Origin: Thermaerobacter marianensis
GTDB taxonomy: Bacteria > Bacillota > Sulfobacillia > DVGY01
Length of the DNA stretch: 64,000 bases
Assembly: GCA_020724425.1 (NCBI GenBank)
Contig: DYGY01000009.1
Span: 1,240-65,239, forward strand
Direction: 5' to 3'
Position 1 is the first letter of the stretch. Each line of letters starts with the position of its first letter. This document shows positions 29,448 through 39,138 of this stretch, piece by piece. The position numbers and the translations under genes are program-made. The notes beneath the pieces are model-generated. The model had not been told where the DNA came from. It ran no database searches and worked only from the letters and a program-made list of their open reading frames with translations.

Positions 29448-30791
29448 TTATTTCAATTTCTCACAAAGAGGCAGGACTTCTTCGATTTTAGCAACAATGC
29501 GCTTTTGCTCAGCAAGGGGAGGGAGGGGAATCAATTGCTGTTTCAGCAGTACATAATGTCGTGCATATCCTCTGTTTCTCAACTGCCCTGAAGCATATAT
29601 CATCCAATAATACAGGAACTTGGGATATACAAGGATGCCTTTGTGAAATTTAGTGCCATCCGCTCCAATCACGAAAGGAAAATCGATATACTTCACATTC
29701 CTTGTATGATCTCCAAACATAACCAAAGGCAGATCATTAATAACTTTCTCCCTTTGGTTTGTATAACCGTCAATAAGTGACTGGCCCTGGCTAACTACAG
29801 GAAAATCGCCTTCCGGCGATATTTCCTTGGTTTGAATCTGATTTTCTCTGTTACCGACTGCATAAGTAACACTCTCAATTTTTGTCCAAAACCAGCTCTC
29901 CGGAATATCAAACGGTATCTCATCCTCTGAAATTTCAGGTAATGGCTTTTCTTTTTTGATTTTACCTTCCTTGATGAGTCGCTGCTTTTCGGCCTGAATC
30001 TGTTGATAAAGTTCCTCGCCAGTTCCTTCCTCCGGGCGCTGTTCGACCAGTTTGCCCTGGATTGCCAACTGGAGGATGGATTTCTGCAGGTCGCTCGGAA
30101 AACGCTTATTAAGCTCCTCCAACTTGTTCCATGCCTTTTCATAGCGATCTACATACGGTAGCAATTCTTCGATTTTAGCAACAATGCGCTTTTGCTCAGC
30201 AAGGGGAGGGAGGGGAATCAATTGCTGTTTCAGCAGTACATAATGTCGTGCATATCCTCTGTTTCTCAACTGCCCTGAAGCATATATCATCCAATAATAC
30301 AGGAACTTGGGATATACAAGGATGCCTTTGTGAAATTTAGTGCCATCCGCTCCAATCACGAAAGGAAAATCGATATACTTCACATTCCTTGTATGATCTC
30401 CAAACATAACCAAAGGCAGATCATTAATAACTTTCTCCCTTTGGTTTGTATAACCGTCAATAAGTGACTGGCCCTGGCTAACTACAGGAAAATCGCCTTC
30501 CGGCGATATTTCCTTGGTTTGAATCTGATTTTCTCTGTTACCGACTGCATAAGTAACACTCTCAATTTTTGTCCAAAACCAGCTCTCCGGAATATCAAAC
30601 GGTATCTCATCCTCTGAAATTTCAGGTAATGGCTTTTCTTTTTTGATTTTACCTTCCTTGATGAGTCGCTGCTTTTCGGCCTGAATCTGTTGATAAAGTT
30701 CCTCGCCAGTTCCTTCCTCCGGGCGCTGTTCGACCAGTTTGCCCTGGATTGCCAACTGAAGAATGCTGTTTTTCAATTCCTGTGGGGTCAT
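29448..30791 (-). CDS. hsdS: Type I restriction-modification specificity subunit HsdS with two identical target-recognition domains
   Basis: 447 aa. Conserved HsdS spacer motifs (LPPLAEQKRIVAKIEE). Residues about 7-226 are repeated exactly at about 237-447. Confidence 0.85.
   Translation of the reverse strand: MTPQELKNSILQLAIQGKLVEQRPEEGTGEELYQQIQAEKQRLIKEGKIKKEKPLPEISEDEIPFDIPESWFWTKIESVTYAVGNRENQIQTKEISPEGDFPVVSQGQSLIDGYTNQREKVINDLPLVMFGDHTRNVKYIDFPFVIGADGTKFHKGILVYPKFLYYWMIYASGQLRNRGYARHYVLLKQQLIPLPPLAEQKRIVAKIEELLPYVDRYEKAWNKLEELNKRFPSDLQKSILQLAIQGKLVEQRPEEGTGEELYQQIQAEKQRLIKEGKIKKEKPLPEISEDEIPFDIPESWFWTKIESVTYAVGNRENQIQTKEISPEGDFPVVSQGQSLIDGYTNQREKVINDLPLVMFGDHTRNVKYIDFPFVIGADGTKFHKGILVYPKFLYYWMIYASGQLRNRGYARHYVLLKQQLIPLPPLAEQKRIVAKIEEVLPLCEKLK
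29478..30756. repeat. Perfect 690-bp direct tandem duplication inside hsdS (copy 1 about 29478-30167, copy 2 about 30168-30756)
   Basis: CTTCGATTTTAGCAACAATGCGCTTTTGCTCAGCAAGGGGAGGGAGGGG... occurs at 29477 and again at 30167. Identity continues for about 590 bp until 30757. Confidence 0.9.
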
Positions 30792-32275
30792 TCTTTAGTA
30801 CCTCCTAAAAGAGCCGTAATTTCGGCAAGTACACGGTCAATTTCCGCATTCAAAGATGCACGTTTCTCCTCGTATCGCTGAATCAGATCCATCGGGTCAA
30901 GAATCTCTTCCTCCTCATGGGGATAGCCGCACAGGTCGAGGTTATAACCAAAATCATCTGTAAGCTGCTTTACTGTGTATTTTTTCGCCTTATCGAAGCC
31001 GTCTATATTGATTTCCTGCCTGTTATTCCACCATTCAATGACCGGGGCAAAATGCTCTAACTTCATTGGCTTTGTCTTGGAGAAATGCTTGTAACCCTCC
31101 GGCATATCCAGACGGTAGTACCATGTTTCCGTGGTAGGCCCTGTACGGTCAAAGAATAAAAGGTTTGTAGTTATTGACGTGTAGGGCGAGAACACGCTGC
31201 CCGGTAAACGGATTATAGTATGCAGATTAAACTCGGATAGCAGTTTCTTTTTGATGGCAACCTTGGCATTGTCAGTGCCGAACAGGAATCCGTCCGGGAG
31301 AATTACCGCCGCACGACCGTTTTTCTTTAGGCGGTACATGATAACAACCATAAACAAATCCGCCGTTTCACTGCTGGTAAGATCAGATGGGAAGTGGTTT
31401 TTTACATCAGCCTTTTCACTACCGCCGTACGGGGGATTCATTAAAATAACGTCGAACTGGTCATCTTCCGTGTAATCCAGCACATCACGCAGCAGGGAGT
31501 TTTCATGGTAGATTCTGGGCACGTCCAGACCATGCAGCAGCATATTGGTAATGCACAGCATATACGGAAACTGCTTCTTCTCAATGCCGTAGATGGAATC
31601 ATCATATTTAACCCGGTCATCCGTTGTCTTTATTTGGGGCGCCAGTTCCTTCAGCCAGCTAACAATAAAGCCACCAGTACCGCAGGCAAAGTCCGCCATC
31701 CGCCCACCAATTTTCGGCTGTATCATTTTGGCCATAAAATCCGTGACCGCACGGGGCGTATAAAATTCACCGGCAGAACCTGCGCTCTGCAATTCACGCA
31801 GGATGGATTCATAGATTTCGCCGAATGCGTGGCTCTCCTCATAATCGCTTAAATCCAGTTCATCGATGACGTTGATGACCTGACGAAGCAATACACCATC
31901 CTTCATATAGTTGTTAGCGTCCTCAAAAGTAGTTTTAACAATAGATTTCTTAAGAGGAGTATCTGGTGTAACATTAAGATTCTTCAATGTAGGAAACAGG
32001 GTATTGTTGACAAAGTTCATCAGAGTATCGCCGGTCATAGCTTTGCCGCTTTTATCATCCACAGCCCAATTTCTCCAACGACACTCTTCCGGAATGATGG
32101 ACTGATAATTATCATCATCTATTTCCCAGTCATCTTCTCTGGTATCATATATCTTTAAAAACAGCATCCATGAAAGCTGCTCTATCCGTTGTGCATCACC
32201 ATTAATACCGGCATCATTGCGCATAATGTCACGAATTCTTTTTATAAAATTCGATAAACTGCTCATATTAATCAA
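30788..32275 (-). CDS. hsdM: Type I R-M DNA methyltransferase subunit HsdM (N6-adenine)
   Basis: N6-MTase motif IV NPPYGG (ILMNPPYGGSEKAD), motif I region DFACGTGGF, N-terminal HsdM-N domain. Confidence 0.9.
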   Translation of the reverse strand: MINMSSLSNFIKRIRDIMRNDAGINGDAQRIEQLSWMLFLKIYDTREDDWEIDDDNYQSIIPEECRWRNWAVDDKSGKAMTGDTLMNFVNNTLFPTLKNLNVTPDTPLKKSIVKTTFEDANNYMKDGVLLRQVINVIDELDLSDYEESHAFGEIYESILRELQSAGSAGEFYTPRAVTDFMAKMIQPKIGGRMADFACGTGGFIVSWLKELAPQIKTTDDRVKYDDSIYGIEKKQFPYMLCITNMLLHGLDVPRIYHENSLLRDVLDYTEDDQFDVILMNPPYGGSEKADVKNHFPSDLTSSETADLFMVVIMYRLKKNGRAAVILPDGFLFGTDNAKVAIKKKLLSEFNLHTIIRLPGSVFSPYTSITTNLLFFDRTGPTTETWYYRLDMPEGYKHFSKTKPMKLEHFAPVIEWWNNRQEINIDGFDKAKKYTVKQLTDDFGYNLDLCGYPHEEEEILDPMDLIQRYEEKRASLNAEIDRVLAEITALLGGTKE

Positions 32276-34614
32276 CCTGCCTTGTAAATTTCTTCTTCTA
32301 ATTCCTTAATTGCTCTGAGATATCCATCCTTACCGCCGAAGAATTGTGCAATCCTTGAAGGTTTGCCAAATTTCTGAAACGGATCAAGCTTTAAAATCTC
32401 AGTTTTCTCGATTTCGTATATCCCGGCGTTCATATACTTATCCAAAAGAGCCTCCAGCACCTCGCGAGCTGCGCCCTTATACTTATTTAAGAAATCACGC
32501 TTCTTGACATTATTGGCGCGTTCTTGGCGCGTCAGCGGTTTCTGGTCAAACGCAACATGACAGATAAAATCAAAATCGTCCACATCCGCCATATTCCGAT
32601 CTGCTTTCAGATTTTCCAGGTTGATGCCGCGCTCCAAAAACAAGGCCCTGATGTTTTCTTTCTTCTCCTCGACAGACCAATGGCGGATAAAATTATCTAG
32701 AGAAGCATATGTACCCAAAACATTTGACTTGGTGTAATCGATAATGCTTTCCTGCCGAAGCAGCTTACCGTTAGCGTCATAAACAGAAACAATCTTGCCG
32801 ATTATTTCAACCTTACAACCGTTTGCATCAACAATAGGCTTTTCTTTCGGTTCTGAGTCTGGGCCATAAGGTGTATCAGGGCCAGGTTCGGAAATATGAC
32901 TGTCGCCTTTACCGTAATTGTCATCTTGCTCAATGGGGCCATCCCACTCTGGATCAGCAAACAGGCGCGTCACATTACGAAAGTCCATGACCACAAAGTG
33001 TGTTTTTCCTTCCTTCTCACGAACCCGGGTACCACGTCCGATAATTTGCTTGAATTCAGTCATAGAGCCTATCATCTGGTCAAGGACAATCAGTTTAGTC
33101 ATCTTGCAGTCAGCGCCAGTAGAAAGGAGCTTAGATGTTGTTGCAATAACCGGATATGGGGAAGAAACAGAGATGAAATAGTCGAGTTTGCTCTTGCCGT
33201 ATGAGTTACTGCCGGTTATGCGAACCACGTAATCGGGATTCTGCTTGACCATATCGGCGTTTAGGTTGTTAAGCGCAATCCGCATCCGTTCGGCGTGATC
33301 CTCGTTGGCGCAGAACACAATCGTCTTCTGCATTCTGTCAGTACTTTTCAAGTATTCCGTAATCTCTTTGGCAACCTCATATGTACGGTCTTCGATGATG
33401 ATTTTGTAGTCAAAGTCACTGTTTGTATAAATACGGTCTTCAATCTCATTGCCGTTCTTGTCCCGCTGGCCTTTATATGGACGCCAGCCTTCACCAATGT
33501 TGGTGCGGATATTGATAACCCTAAACGGAGCAAGGAAACCGTCTTCGATACCTTCACGGAGACTGTAAGTGTATATTGGCTCTCCAAAATAATCAATATT
33601 GGAGATATATTTTGTTTCCTTCGGAGTAGCAGTCATACCAATTTGCGTAGCTGACGAGAAATATTCGAGAATCTTGCGCCAGTTGCTGTCTTTTTTCGCT
33701 GACCCGCGATGACACTCATCTACGATGATGAGGTCGAAGAAATCCTTATGGAACAGCTTGGCAAGACGGCTGACGGTTTCGTCTTCATCGCTTTCGCACT
33801 CGTCATCCTCCCGGTCTGTCAACTGCTGATACAGAGAGAAATAGACCTCATAGGAGGTGACGGTTATAGGATCATCCTTGGCAAAATTGATTTTATGAAT
33901 CGTTTTCGCCAACGGTGCAAAATCTTGCTGAATCGACTGATCAACAAGAATGTTGCGGTCAGCAAGATAAAGTACCTTTTTCTTGATGCCACTCTTTAAC
34001 AGGCGATAGACAATCTGGAAAGCAGTGTATGTCTTGCCGGTGCCGGTTGCCATGACAAGTAGAATCCTCTGCTGTCCCCTGGCGATAGCTTCTACCGTGC
34101 GGTTGATAGCATTGCGCTGATAATAGCGCGGTGGGTATGTTGTCTGGCTTGTGTAGTAGGGCTGATCTATGATTTGCTTTTCGTTGTCAGTCAGACCTAC
34201 ATCCATCTGATACCGGTCTATTAATTCATCAGGAGAGGGAAACTCGGACAAAGGAATCTCTCGTTCCTGGCCGGTTATAAAGTCATGCTCATAAAAAGCG
34301 TCACCATTAGAACTGTAGGCAAAAGGCACATCAAGCATCCGGGCGTAGGTCATGGCCTGTTGCAAGCCGTATGATACAGTGTGGTTGTTGTCCTTTGCCT
34401 CAACTATGGCAATGGGTTTATTTGGATTTATATAAAGAATATAGTCAGCCTTTTTCGGCTTTTCACGGAACACAAAATTTCCCTTTAGGTTAATCTTACC
34501 TTCCGTGATTTTTGTTTCCATCGTTATATGGTCAAGGCTCCATTTAGCGGTGATTGCCGGAGTGATATATCGGAGCTTGATATCTTCTTCGGTCATCAGT
34601 TTTTTATCAATCAT
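32272..34614 (-). CDS. hsdR: Type I restriction enzyme R subunit HsdR
   Basis: N-terminal PD-(D/E)xK nuclease region (IVEAKD), SF2 helicase motifs LVMATGTGKT (I) and IVDECHR (II). 780 aa is a shorter-than-average HsdR. Confidence 0.85.
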   Translation of the reverse strand: MIDKKLMTEEDIKLRYITPAITAKWSLDHITMETKITEGKINLKGNFVFREKPKKADYILYINPNKPIAIVEAKDNNHTVSYGLQQAMTYARMLDVPFAYSSNGDAFYEHDFITGQEREIPLSEFPSPDELIDRYQMDVGLTDNEKQIIDQPYYTSQTTYPPRYYQRNAINRTVEAIARGQQRILLVMATGTGKTYTAFQIVYRLLKSGIKKKVLYLADRNILVDQSIQQDFAPLAKTIHKINFAKDDPITVTSYEVYFSLYQQLTDREDDECESDEDETVSRLAKLFHKDFFDLIIVDECHRGSAKKDSNWRKILEYFSSATQIGMTATPKETKYISNIDYFGEPIYTYSLREGIEDGFLAPFRVINIRTNIGEGWRPYKGQRDKNGNEIEDRIYTNSDFDYKIIIEDRTYEVAKEITEYLKSTDRMQKTIVFCANEDHAERMRIALNNLNADMVKQNPDYVVRITGSNSYGKSKLDYFISVSSPYPVIATTSKLLSTGADCKMTKLIVLDQMIGSMTEFKQIIGRGTRVREKEGKTHFVVMDFRNVTRLFADPEWDGPIEQDDNYGKGDSHISEPGPDTPYGPDSEPKEKPIVDANGCKVEIIGKIVSVYDANGKLLRQESIIDYTKSNVLGTYASLDNFIRHWSVEEKKENIRALFLERGINLENLKADRNMADVDDFDFICHVAFDQKPLTRQERANNVKKRDFLNKYKGAAREVLEALLDKYMNAGIYEIEKTEILKLDPFQKFGKPSRIAQFFGGKDGYLRAIKELEEEIYKAG

Positions 34615-34835
34615 GTATTATCACTCCTTTCCGCATCCGGAATGTAGTCCATGATATCACCATAATTACAACCAAGTGTGCTGCAAATCTTATCCAAAAC
34701 ATTAAGCATGACTGCCTCATCCCGACGCAGTTTAGTCATGGTGTTTGGGGATATGCCAGAGGCTTTACGCAAGTCTGCCTTGCTCATTTTCTTATCCACA
34801 AGCAGTTTCCAAAGTTTATTGTATGAAACAGCCAT
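34611..34835 (-). CDS. XRE-family helix-turn-helix transcriptional regulator (possible controller of the hsd operon)
   Basis: 74 aa, MSKADLRKASGISPNTMTKLRRDE = HTH_3 motif. Its stop overlaps the hsdR start (ATGA). Confidence 0.75.
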   Translation of the reverse strand: MAVSYNKLWKLLVDKKMSKADLRKASGISPNTMTKLRRDEAVMLNVLDKICSTLGCNYGDIMDYIPDAERSDNT

Positions 34836-34885
34836 AATTAAGCCTCCAATGCCATATTTTAGAACATTATATCACACAGCCAATA

Positions 34886-34901
34886 ATCTCTCAAGACCTT
34901 G
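34886..34901. promoter_or_regulatory. Palindromic operator-like site TCTCAAG-AC-CTTGAGA upstream of the HTH-hsdR operon
   Basis: Perfect 7-bp inverted repeat about 50 bp upstream of the HTH gene start, in the promoter region. Confidence 0.4.
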
Positions 34902-34938
34902 AGAAGAATTCGCAAAATAAGATTAAGTCCAAAAAGAA

Positions 34939-34980
34939 AGACTGCACTAAAGGTTTTATCCTTCGGTGCAGTCTTTGTTG
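34939..34980 (-). terminator. Rho-independent terminator of the histidine phosphatase gene (minus strand)
   Basis: AGACTGCAC...GTGCAGTCT hairpin with a T-run on the minus strand (AAAAAGAAAG on plus). Confidence 0.6.
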
Positions 34981-35066
34981 TCGAGCCTCCACTTGAAGAG
35001 AGTCGGTCAAAAATTTACTTGTTTTCGCAAATCCCTATGACTAACTCCCTTTTGAGGGCTTCTTCC

Positions 35067-35681
35067 TTACAGATGGGGAGTCAGGTTTAGGTCCTGTACT
35101 TCCCATTTTCCATTCTTATGGGTTACCAGGGTAAGAGAGGTGTTATCTACCCGGAGATGGGTCTTTTCATAGGGATGCATGTCCTGAATATGGCCAACAA
35201 AGCTACGAATTGCACCTCCGTGGGTCAGGACAATGGCAGGTTGATTTTTCTTGGCAATATCCTCTAGGGCTGCTTGGATTCTTGAAAGGAATTGTCTGTC
35301 TGATTCTCCACCACCTGGTCTTGGTATATTCCAGGGGTCTTTACGCCAGTTAATTAAGAAGTCACTGTAGCCTGATTGTATCTCTTCCCAGGTTAGTCCC
35401 TGCCAGGCGCCCACATGGATTTCCCTGAGGCGGTTATCTATAGAGATCTCTAGGGGTGGGCTGTGTTCTTTAGCGATGAGATCTGCTGTATCATAGGCCC
35501 TTTTAAGATCACTTGAGTATATCAGGCTGGCAGGATACTCTTTGAGGTAGTCTGCTAGTTTCTGTGCTTGTTCTTCTCCGGTTTTGTTAAGGGGTACATC
35601 CCAGTGTCCCTGGTATCTTCCTGTAGCGTTTGCTTCTGTTTCTCCATGTCTTATCAACAGTATTTCTGGTATTTCCCTCAC
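35067..35681 (-). CDS. Histidine phosphatase family protein (phosphoglycerate mutase/CobC-like)
   Basis: LIRHGETEAN (RHG catalytic motif), about 200 aa. Confidence 0.8.
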   Translation of the reverse strand: MREIPEILLIRHGETEANATGRYQGHWDVPLNKTGEEQAQKLADYLKEYPASLIYSSDLKRAYDTADLIAKEHSPPLEISIDNRLREIHVGAWQGLTWEEIQSGYSDFLINWRKDPWNIPRPGGGESDRQFLSRIQAALEDIAKKNQPAIVLTHGGAIRSFVGHIQDMHPYEKTHLRVDNTSLTLVTHKNGKWEVQDLNLTPHL

Positions 35682-35687
35682 CTCTTT

Positions 35688-36971
35688 TCACCTATTAGTA
35701 TAACCTTGTTGGTATTGACTGGCCAGTATATTTAGTGCTTCCAATAGTTCTAAAGTGAACTCTTGAGAGGTTAGCTCCTTTTTGAGTAGCTTTAGTATGA
35801 GAGGTGGGAGGATATCCTGATATAGAGTGATTTCTAAGACTCTTAGATCTGGGTTAGCATGATACTTAGGGTAGAGTTGAGTTGAATGATCCTGCCAGCC
35901 TGGATTAAGGCCATAGTCTGCCCAAGAGATAACTTCTTGGGGATCTAAATATGAGGGAATGACATTGAGTTCTTTAGCAAAGAAGGTTGTTTCATAGCGA
36001 CTGAAGAAACGGGCAAACTCAATGGCTGCTCTTGTATGGTCACTCCCCTTATAGTTTTCCTGGCGAAAGATGAGGAGATGGCTTCCCTGAATAAAGGCAT
36101 AGTTATTGAGAATCTCCTTAGTATTAAGGGAGTTGGTGTTTGCTGCTGGCAAGAACAGGGCTCTCTCTGTGACAAATAGTTGGTGGGCTTTCTCTGAGAT
36201 GACTAGAGAGTTAGTGCTGTTTAGTTCTAAAAGAAGTTCTGCTGTTTCCTGTATCGTAGCTTCACTCCAAGCAGGGGTACCATTAGGTTGAAAGGGATAT
36301 GGTTGTTTTAGGAGAGTTATTAGATCTCTAAAGAGTTCACCTGTTTGGAGAGGATGGTATACCAGCCCATACTGGGCTTTGCTCTTTGAAAGGATATTGG
36401 GGATGTTATCAAAATCCCAGGGTGAGAGGTCTTCAGTATATTCGTGTTTAGTTATATAGGCGGAGTAGTTAAGCCAGCGAGGAAAGCCCCAGAGATGATC
36501 AGCATAGGTGACTTCTTTTAGTGCTGCGGGGAGATAGCTGGTCAGTTCTTCGCCGGAAAGATAACCATCAATAGGTATCTGTAGGGAAGATAGAACCGGA
36601 CCATGATAGAGATTAGTATATACATCAGGGGGATTACCTTTCTTAAGGGCTTCAGCTAGTTTTTCCTCTGCTTTGGCAGGAGAGATAAGGATGTATTCAA
36701 CGAAGATATTAGGGTAGAGAGCAGAGAAGTCTTTTAGGGCTTCACTTACAAGATCCATATAGCGGGTATTAACTAGGAGTTGATCCGGACTCTGGATATC
36801 TTGAGTAGCTGTTAAGGGAATGAGTTGATCCCAAAAGACTATTTGGTATTCCTTTTCGGGATCAATGTTGGCGAAATGATCTATAGCCGCGTTATCCTCT
36901 GGTGAAGAGGAAAATGAAAACCAGACTAATATCAGTGCTAGCAAGAAAAGGAAATATCTAAGGTATTGCAT
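35688..36971 (-). CDS. Secreted protein, possible extracellular solute-binding-like protein
   Basis: N-terminal signal anchor. 427-aa size and composition are compatible with family-1 SBPs, but there are no adjacent permeases. Confidence 0.35.
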   Translation of the reverse strand: MQYLRYFLFLLALILVWFSFSSSPEDNAAIDHFANIDPEKEYQIVFWDQLIPLTATQDIQSPDQLLVNTRYMDLVSEALKDFSALYPNIFVEYILISPAKAEEKLAEALKKGNPPDVYTNLYHGPVLSSLQIPIDGYLSGEELTSYLPAALKEVTYADHLWGFPRWLNYSAYITKHEYTEDLSPWDFDNIPNILSKSKAQYGLVYHPLQTGELFRDLITLLKQPYPFQPNGTPAWSEATIQETAELLLELNSTNSLVISEKAHQLFVTERALFLPAANTNSLNTKEILNNYAFIQGSHLLIFRQENYKGSDHTRAAIEFARFFSRYETTFFAKELNVIPSYLDPQEVISWADYGLNPGWQDHSTQLYPKYHANPDLRVLEITLYQDILPPLILKLLKKELTSQEFTLELLEALNILASQYQQGYTNR

Positions 36972-36983
36972 TTTACCACCCCG

Positions 36984-37718
36984 TTAATCTTTTAATCCCA
37001 GGAGGTAGAAGAATTCCTGGTCTGCTTTACCGGTTAAGGGCTGCTGGTAGAAGAGTTGAGCTTCTTTTATGGCTATGGTTGTTTGGGGACCGAAGTAGCC
37101 ATCGATATTACCTGGGTTAAATCCTAGTGCTCTTAAGCGATGCTGAAGGATTAATACGTCTTTTCCTGTGGAGCCTTCCTTTAAGTTTCGGTTAAAGGAA
37201 GACTCAGGCAAGGCACCATGGAAAACCACTTTGGTACCTAGAGGGATCATCTCAAATAGTTCTTCTACCTGTTTGTTATGCATTCTGATGCAACCAGCAC
37301 TTTCATTATCACCAATAGTCCAGGGTTCATCTGTACCGTGGATTCCATAGATACCCCAGGGTACATTAACTCCCAACCAGCGAGTACCAAAGCCACCACC
37401 CCAGTCTTTGCTTTTTGAGATAATTCTGAATTCACCAACTGGCGTTGGGGTCTCTGGTTTACCAATTGCCACTGTATATTCCTTTTCAAGGACATTATCG
37501 ATATAGACCTGTAATTTCCGTTTATCTAAATCTACGGCTATGAGATAATGGGAGGGGTCCTGCTTATCTTCTGGAGCTAAGGTTAACCAGGTTAGCTGAT
37601 TCTCCATAACCAATGGATAGGTTAACAGGAAAGGTGCTCCATAATAGGGGCTGGCTAGAAGAAGAATAGCTAATGTCACAAAAGCGACAATCTTTGACAT
37701 AATATCACCTACCATCAA
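36984..37718 (-). CDS. L,D-transpeptidase (YkuD domain) with C-terminal peptidoglycan-binding domain
   Basis: Catalytic motif HGT...GCIRM. C-terminus LQHRLRALGF...DGYFGPQT = PG_binding_1. Confidence 0.85.
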   Translation of the reverse strand: MMVGDIMSKIVAFVTLAILLLASPYYGAPFLLTYPLVMENQLTWLTLAPEDKQDPSHYLIAVDLDKRKLQVYIDNVLEKEYTVAIGKPETPTPVGEFRIISKSKDWGGGFGTRWLGVNVPWGIYGIHGTDEPWTIGDNESAGCIRMHNKQVEELFEMIPLGTKVVFHGALPESSFNRNLKEGSTGKDVLILQHRLRALGFNPGNIDGYFGPQTTIAIKEAQLFYQQPLTGKADQEFFYLLGLKD

Positions 37719-37796
37719 TGTCTAAACATATATCTATGTGAGGATTAGTGTAATTATGAAGAGGGAAAACGGGGTCAGGGGATAAATATACAGGAG

Positions 37797-38267
37797 GTGA
37801 GAGTTTTGCTTAATATTGTTCTGGTTGAACCAGAGATTCCTCAGAATACAGGGAATATTGCTAGGACCTGTGTGGTAACAGGGGCTAAGCTGCATCTTGT
37901 AGGGCCTTTAGGCTTTTCGATAGATGATCGTTCCCTAAAAAGAGCTGGTATGGACTACTGGCAGGATCTTGACTGGCAATACTATTCAAGCTTACAGGAG
38001 TTTATGGAAAGCTATCCTGAGGGAAGATTCTGGTATCTATCCACCAAGGGAAAGAAGAACTATACAGATGCCTCTTTCACAGAGACTGATTTCTTGGTTT
38101 TTGGTAAGGAAACTGCGGGACTACCAAAGGATCTTCTAGCTAGCAATGAGGAAAGGGTTATCAGGATTCCCATGAAACCTGATACAAGATCTTTGAACTT
38201 ATCTAACTCTGTAGCTATTGTCCTTTATGAAGCTCTAAGACAGGTTGGTTTTAAGTCACTTTTTTAG
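37797..38267 (+). CDS. trmL: tRNA (cytidine/uridine-2'-O)-methyltransferase TrmL (SpoU family)
   Basis: LNIVLVEPEIPQNTGNIART... plus the SPOUT knot region. The likely true start is TTG 37806, 9 nt after GGAGG. Confidence 0.85.
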   Translation: MRVLLNIVLVEPEIPQNTGNIARTCVVTGAKLHLVGPLGFSIDDRSLKRAGMDYWQDLDWQYYSSLQEFMESYPEGRFWYLSTKGKKNYTDASFTETDFLVFGKETAGLPKDLLASNEERVIRIPMKPDTRSLNLSNSVAIVLYEALRQVGFKSLF

Positions 38268-38277
38268 GGGGACTCAT

Positions 38278-39138
38278 ATGAGGGTAGCGACTGTTCAGTT
38301 AATCAGACAGGGGAGTATAAGGCAGGAAGACCTGATTATAATCCTTGATGCAGTTATCAAGAAGTCTAAAAGATATGGGGCAGGGCTTGTTGTTTTGCCA
38401 GGACAGGTAGGGCTTTTGATTGGTGAAGCTTTAAAAGGCAAAGAGATATTGGAACCAGATGATGTTTCCTTTCAGGGTATAGATACTGTCTATCATGCCT
38501 GGAGCAAACAGTTTGCTACATACTACAATATCTCTTTAACTTTGGGTTCATACTGGGTAGAGGAAGAAGAACTTTTTAGTGTGGCCTATCTGTATAACCA
38601 GAAGGGAGAGGTTCTTTTAAAACAGGGGCAGATTCAGCTTTCAGAGAAAGAGAGATCCTGGGGTATAAAGCCGTATCAAGAGATAAATGTGGCAGAATTT
38701 CAGGATGGGTATGTTCTTGGTTTTGCTTTAGGTTTAGATAACTATGCACCTGAACACTACCGTATTCTTAATCTGCAGGGAGCTAATTTGGTACTGGGTC
38801 TTTCCACTGAGTGGGGTATGAATGATCAGCTAGCAGGTATCTGGCAGCTGGTTCAGCAGAATCAGGTATATGCCCTAGAGAGTTCCCTTGTGGGTGATAT
38901 GGTGTCTGGAGGGCTTGGCATCTTTGGTCCCTGTGAGATAACTCCTTTAGAGTCTGGAGTTATCTGTGATGGTTCTGCTCTGGTAGAAGAAAGACCTGTA
39001 GACATGGAGATTCAGGGGAATAGTTTGCAGGCGAGAATCTGTATGGCTGACCTGTCTTTAGAGAGTCTTTTAGGAATTAGGAAGAGCTATCCCATTAATG
39101 ACCTGTATAATGTGCAGCTTTACAGGAGGTGGCTCTGA
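38278..39138 (+). CDS. Carbon-nitrogen hydrolase (nitrilase superfamily) homolog lacking the catalytic Glu/Cys (pseudoenzyme?)
   Basis: Alignable to the downstream paralog, but VVLPGQ replaces VVFPE and no Cys is found at the expected GxxxC position. ATG 38278 after GGGGGA. Confidence 0.5.
   Translation: MRVATVQLIRQGSIRQEDLIIILDAVIKKSKRYGAGLVVLPGQVGLLIGEALKGKEILEPDDVSFQGIDTVYHAWSKQFATYYNISLTLGSYWVEEEELFSVAYLYNQKGEVLLKQGQIQLSEKERSWGIKPYQEINVAEFQDGYVLGFALGLDNYAPEHYRILNLQGANLVLGLSTEWGMNDQLAGIWQLVQQNQVYALESSLVGDMVSGGLGIFGPCEITPLESGVICDGSALVEERPVDMEIQGNSLQARICMADLSLESLLGIRKSYPINDLYNVQLYRRWL

Noticed and set aside
29795-30142. 115-aa basic ORF antisense in hsdS
   Set aside because: It falls inside the duplicated hsdS repeat, is antisense, and has no RBS.
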